From: Camelus ferus
Lineage: Eukaryota
Direction of reading: 5' to 3'
Length of the DNA: 64,000 nt
Assembly: GCF_009834535.1 (NCBI RefSeq)
Contig: NC_045696.1
Location: 37,264,001 to 37,328,000, forward strand
The translations under genes were made by a program, and so were the position numbers. A model generated the notes under the pieces. The model made no database searches and was not told the DNA's origin. It saw only the letters and a program-made list of their open reading frames with translations. Positions 63,615-64,000 of the stretch are shown piece after piece. Every line of letters starts with the position of its first letter. The stretch's first letter is position 1.

Positions 63615-64000
63615 TTTCTGGTCAAGATGGCAGAGTGATAGGACCATGAGCTTGCCTCTTCTCGCGACTGCAGCAAAACCATAACTGAATGCTAAACAAC
63701 CACTGAAAAATGACGGAACCTAGCAATAAAGACCTTCTGCAACTGGAAACATAGAGAGGGAACCACAGTAGGATGGTAGGAGGGGTGTGCTCACGATGTA
63801 ATTGGGCCCCATACTCCTCGTGTGGGCGACCCACAAGCTGAAGATCTGTTAAGTCGCAGAGGCCCTACCACAGGAGTGAGAGCTCTAAGCCACACATCAG
63901 GCTCCCCGGCTCGGGTCTCAGCACTGGGAAGAGAAGGAGACCCCAGGACATCTGGTTTTGAAGGCCAGTGGGGGCTTGGCTCAGGGAGCCTCATGGGACT
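63615..64000 (+). mobile_element. LINE-1 5' UTR, runs off the window end
   Basis: TTTCTGGTCAAGATGGCAGAGT..GAGCTTGCCTCTTCTC..CCACATCAGGCTCCCC-like..TCTGGTTTTGAAGGCCAGTGGGG; similar layout to the 5' ends at ~7690 and ~46330. Confidence 0.85.
63623..63631 (+). promoter_or_regulatory. YY1-type site at L1 5' end
   Basis: CAAGATGGC at the expected position of the L1 internal promoter. Confidence 0.6.

Noticed and set aside
1..64000. A novel multi-gene, defence or CRISPR-type system
   Set aside because: No intact genes, operon structure or arrays; known mammalian repeat classes explain the recognisable sequence.

Overview
AT-rich, CpG-depleted mammalian nuclear DNA, most likely from a camelid (camel/llama/alpaca), judged from a tRNA-Ala-derived Vic-1-type SINE at 17173-17262. 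I see no intact protein-coding gene, RNA gene, CRISPR array or prokaryotic-type system. The ORF track consists of broken LINE-1 fragments, antisense LINE-1 frames and chance ORFs. The window is a transposon graveyard: roughly 55% LINE-1 by my hand estimate, including one decayed full-length copy and several nested, deleted or inverted copies. It also holds three ERV remnants with readable pol, gag or env traces, solo LTRs (MLT1, MLT2, MER77-like), a deleted Tigger1, old MIR/L2 fragments and microsatellites. The best findings are structural: two 26-30 bp micro-inversions inside L1 coding sequence, two ~110-120 bp L1 tail insertions with perfect TSDs, internally deleted L1s that keep their 5' UTR, and an L1 with a swapped 3' end. 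I cannot support a novel biological system here. Repeat subfamily names are recalled from consensus sequences and need RepeatMasker/Dfam confirmation.
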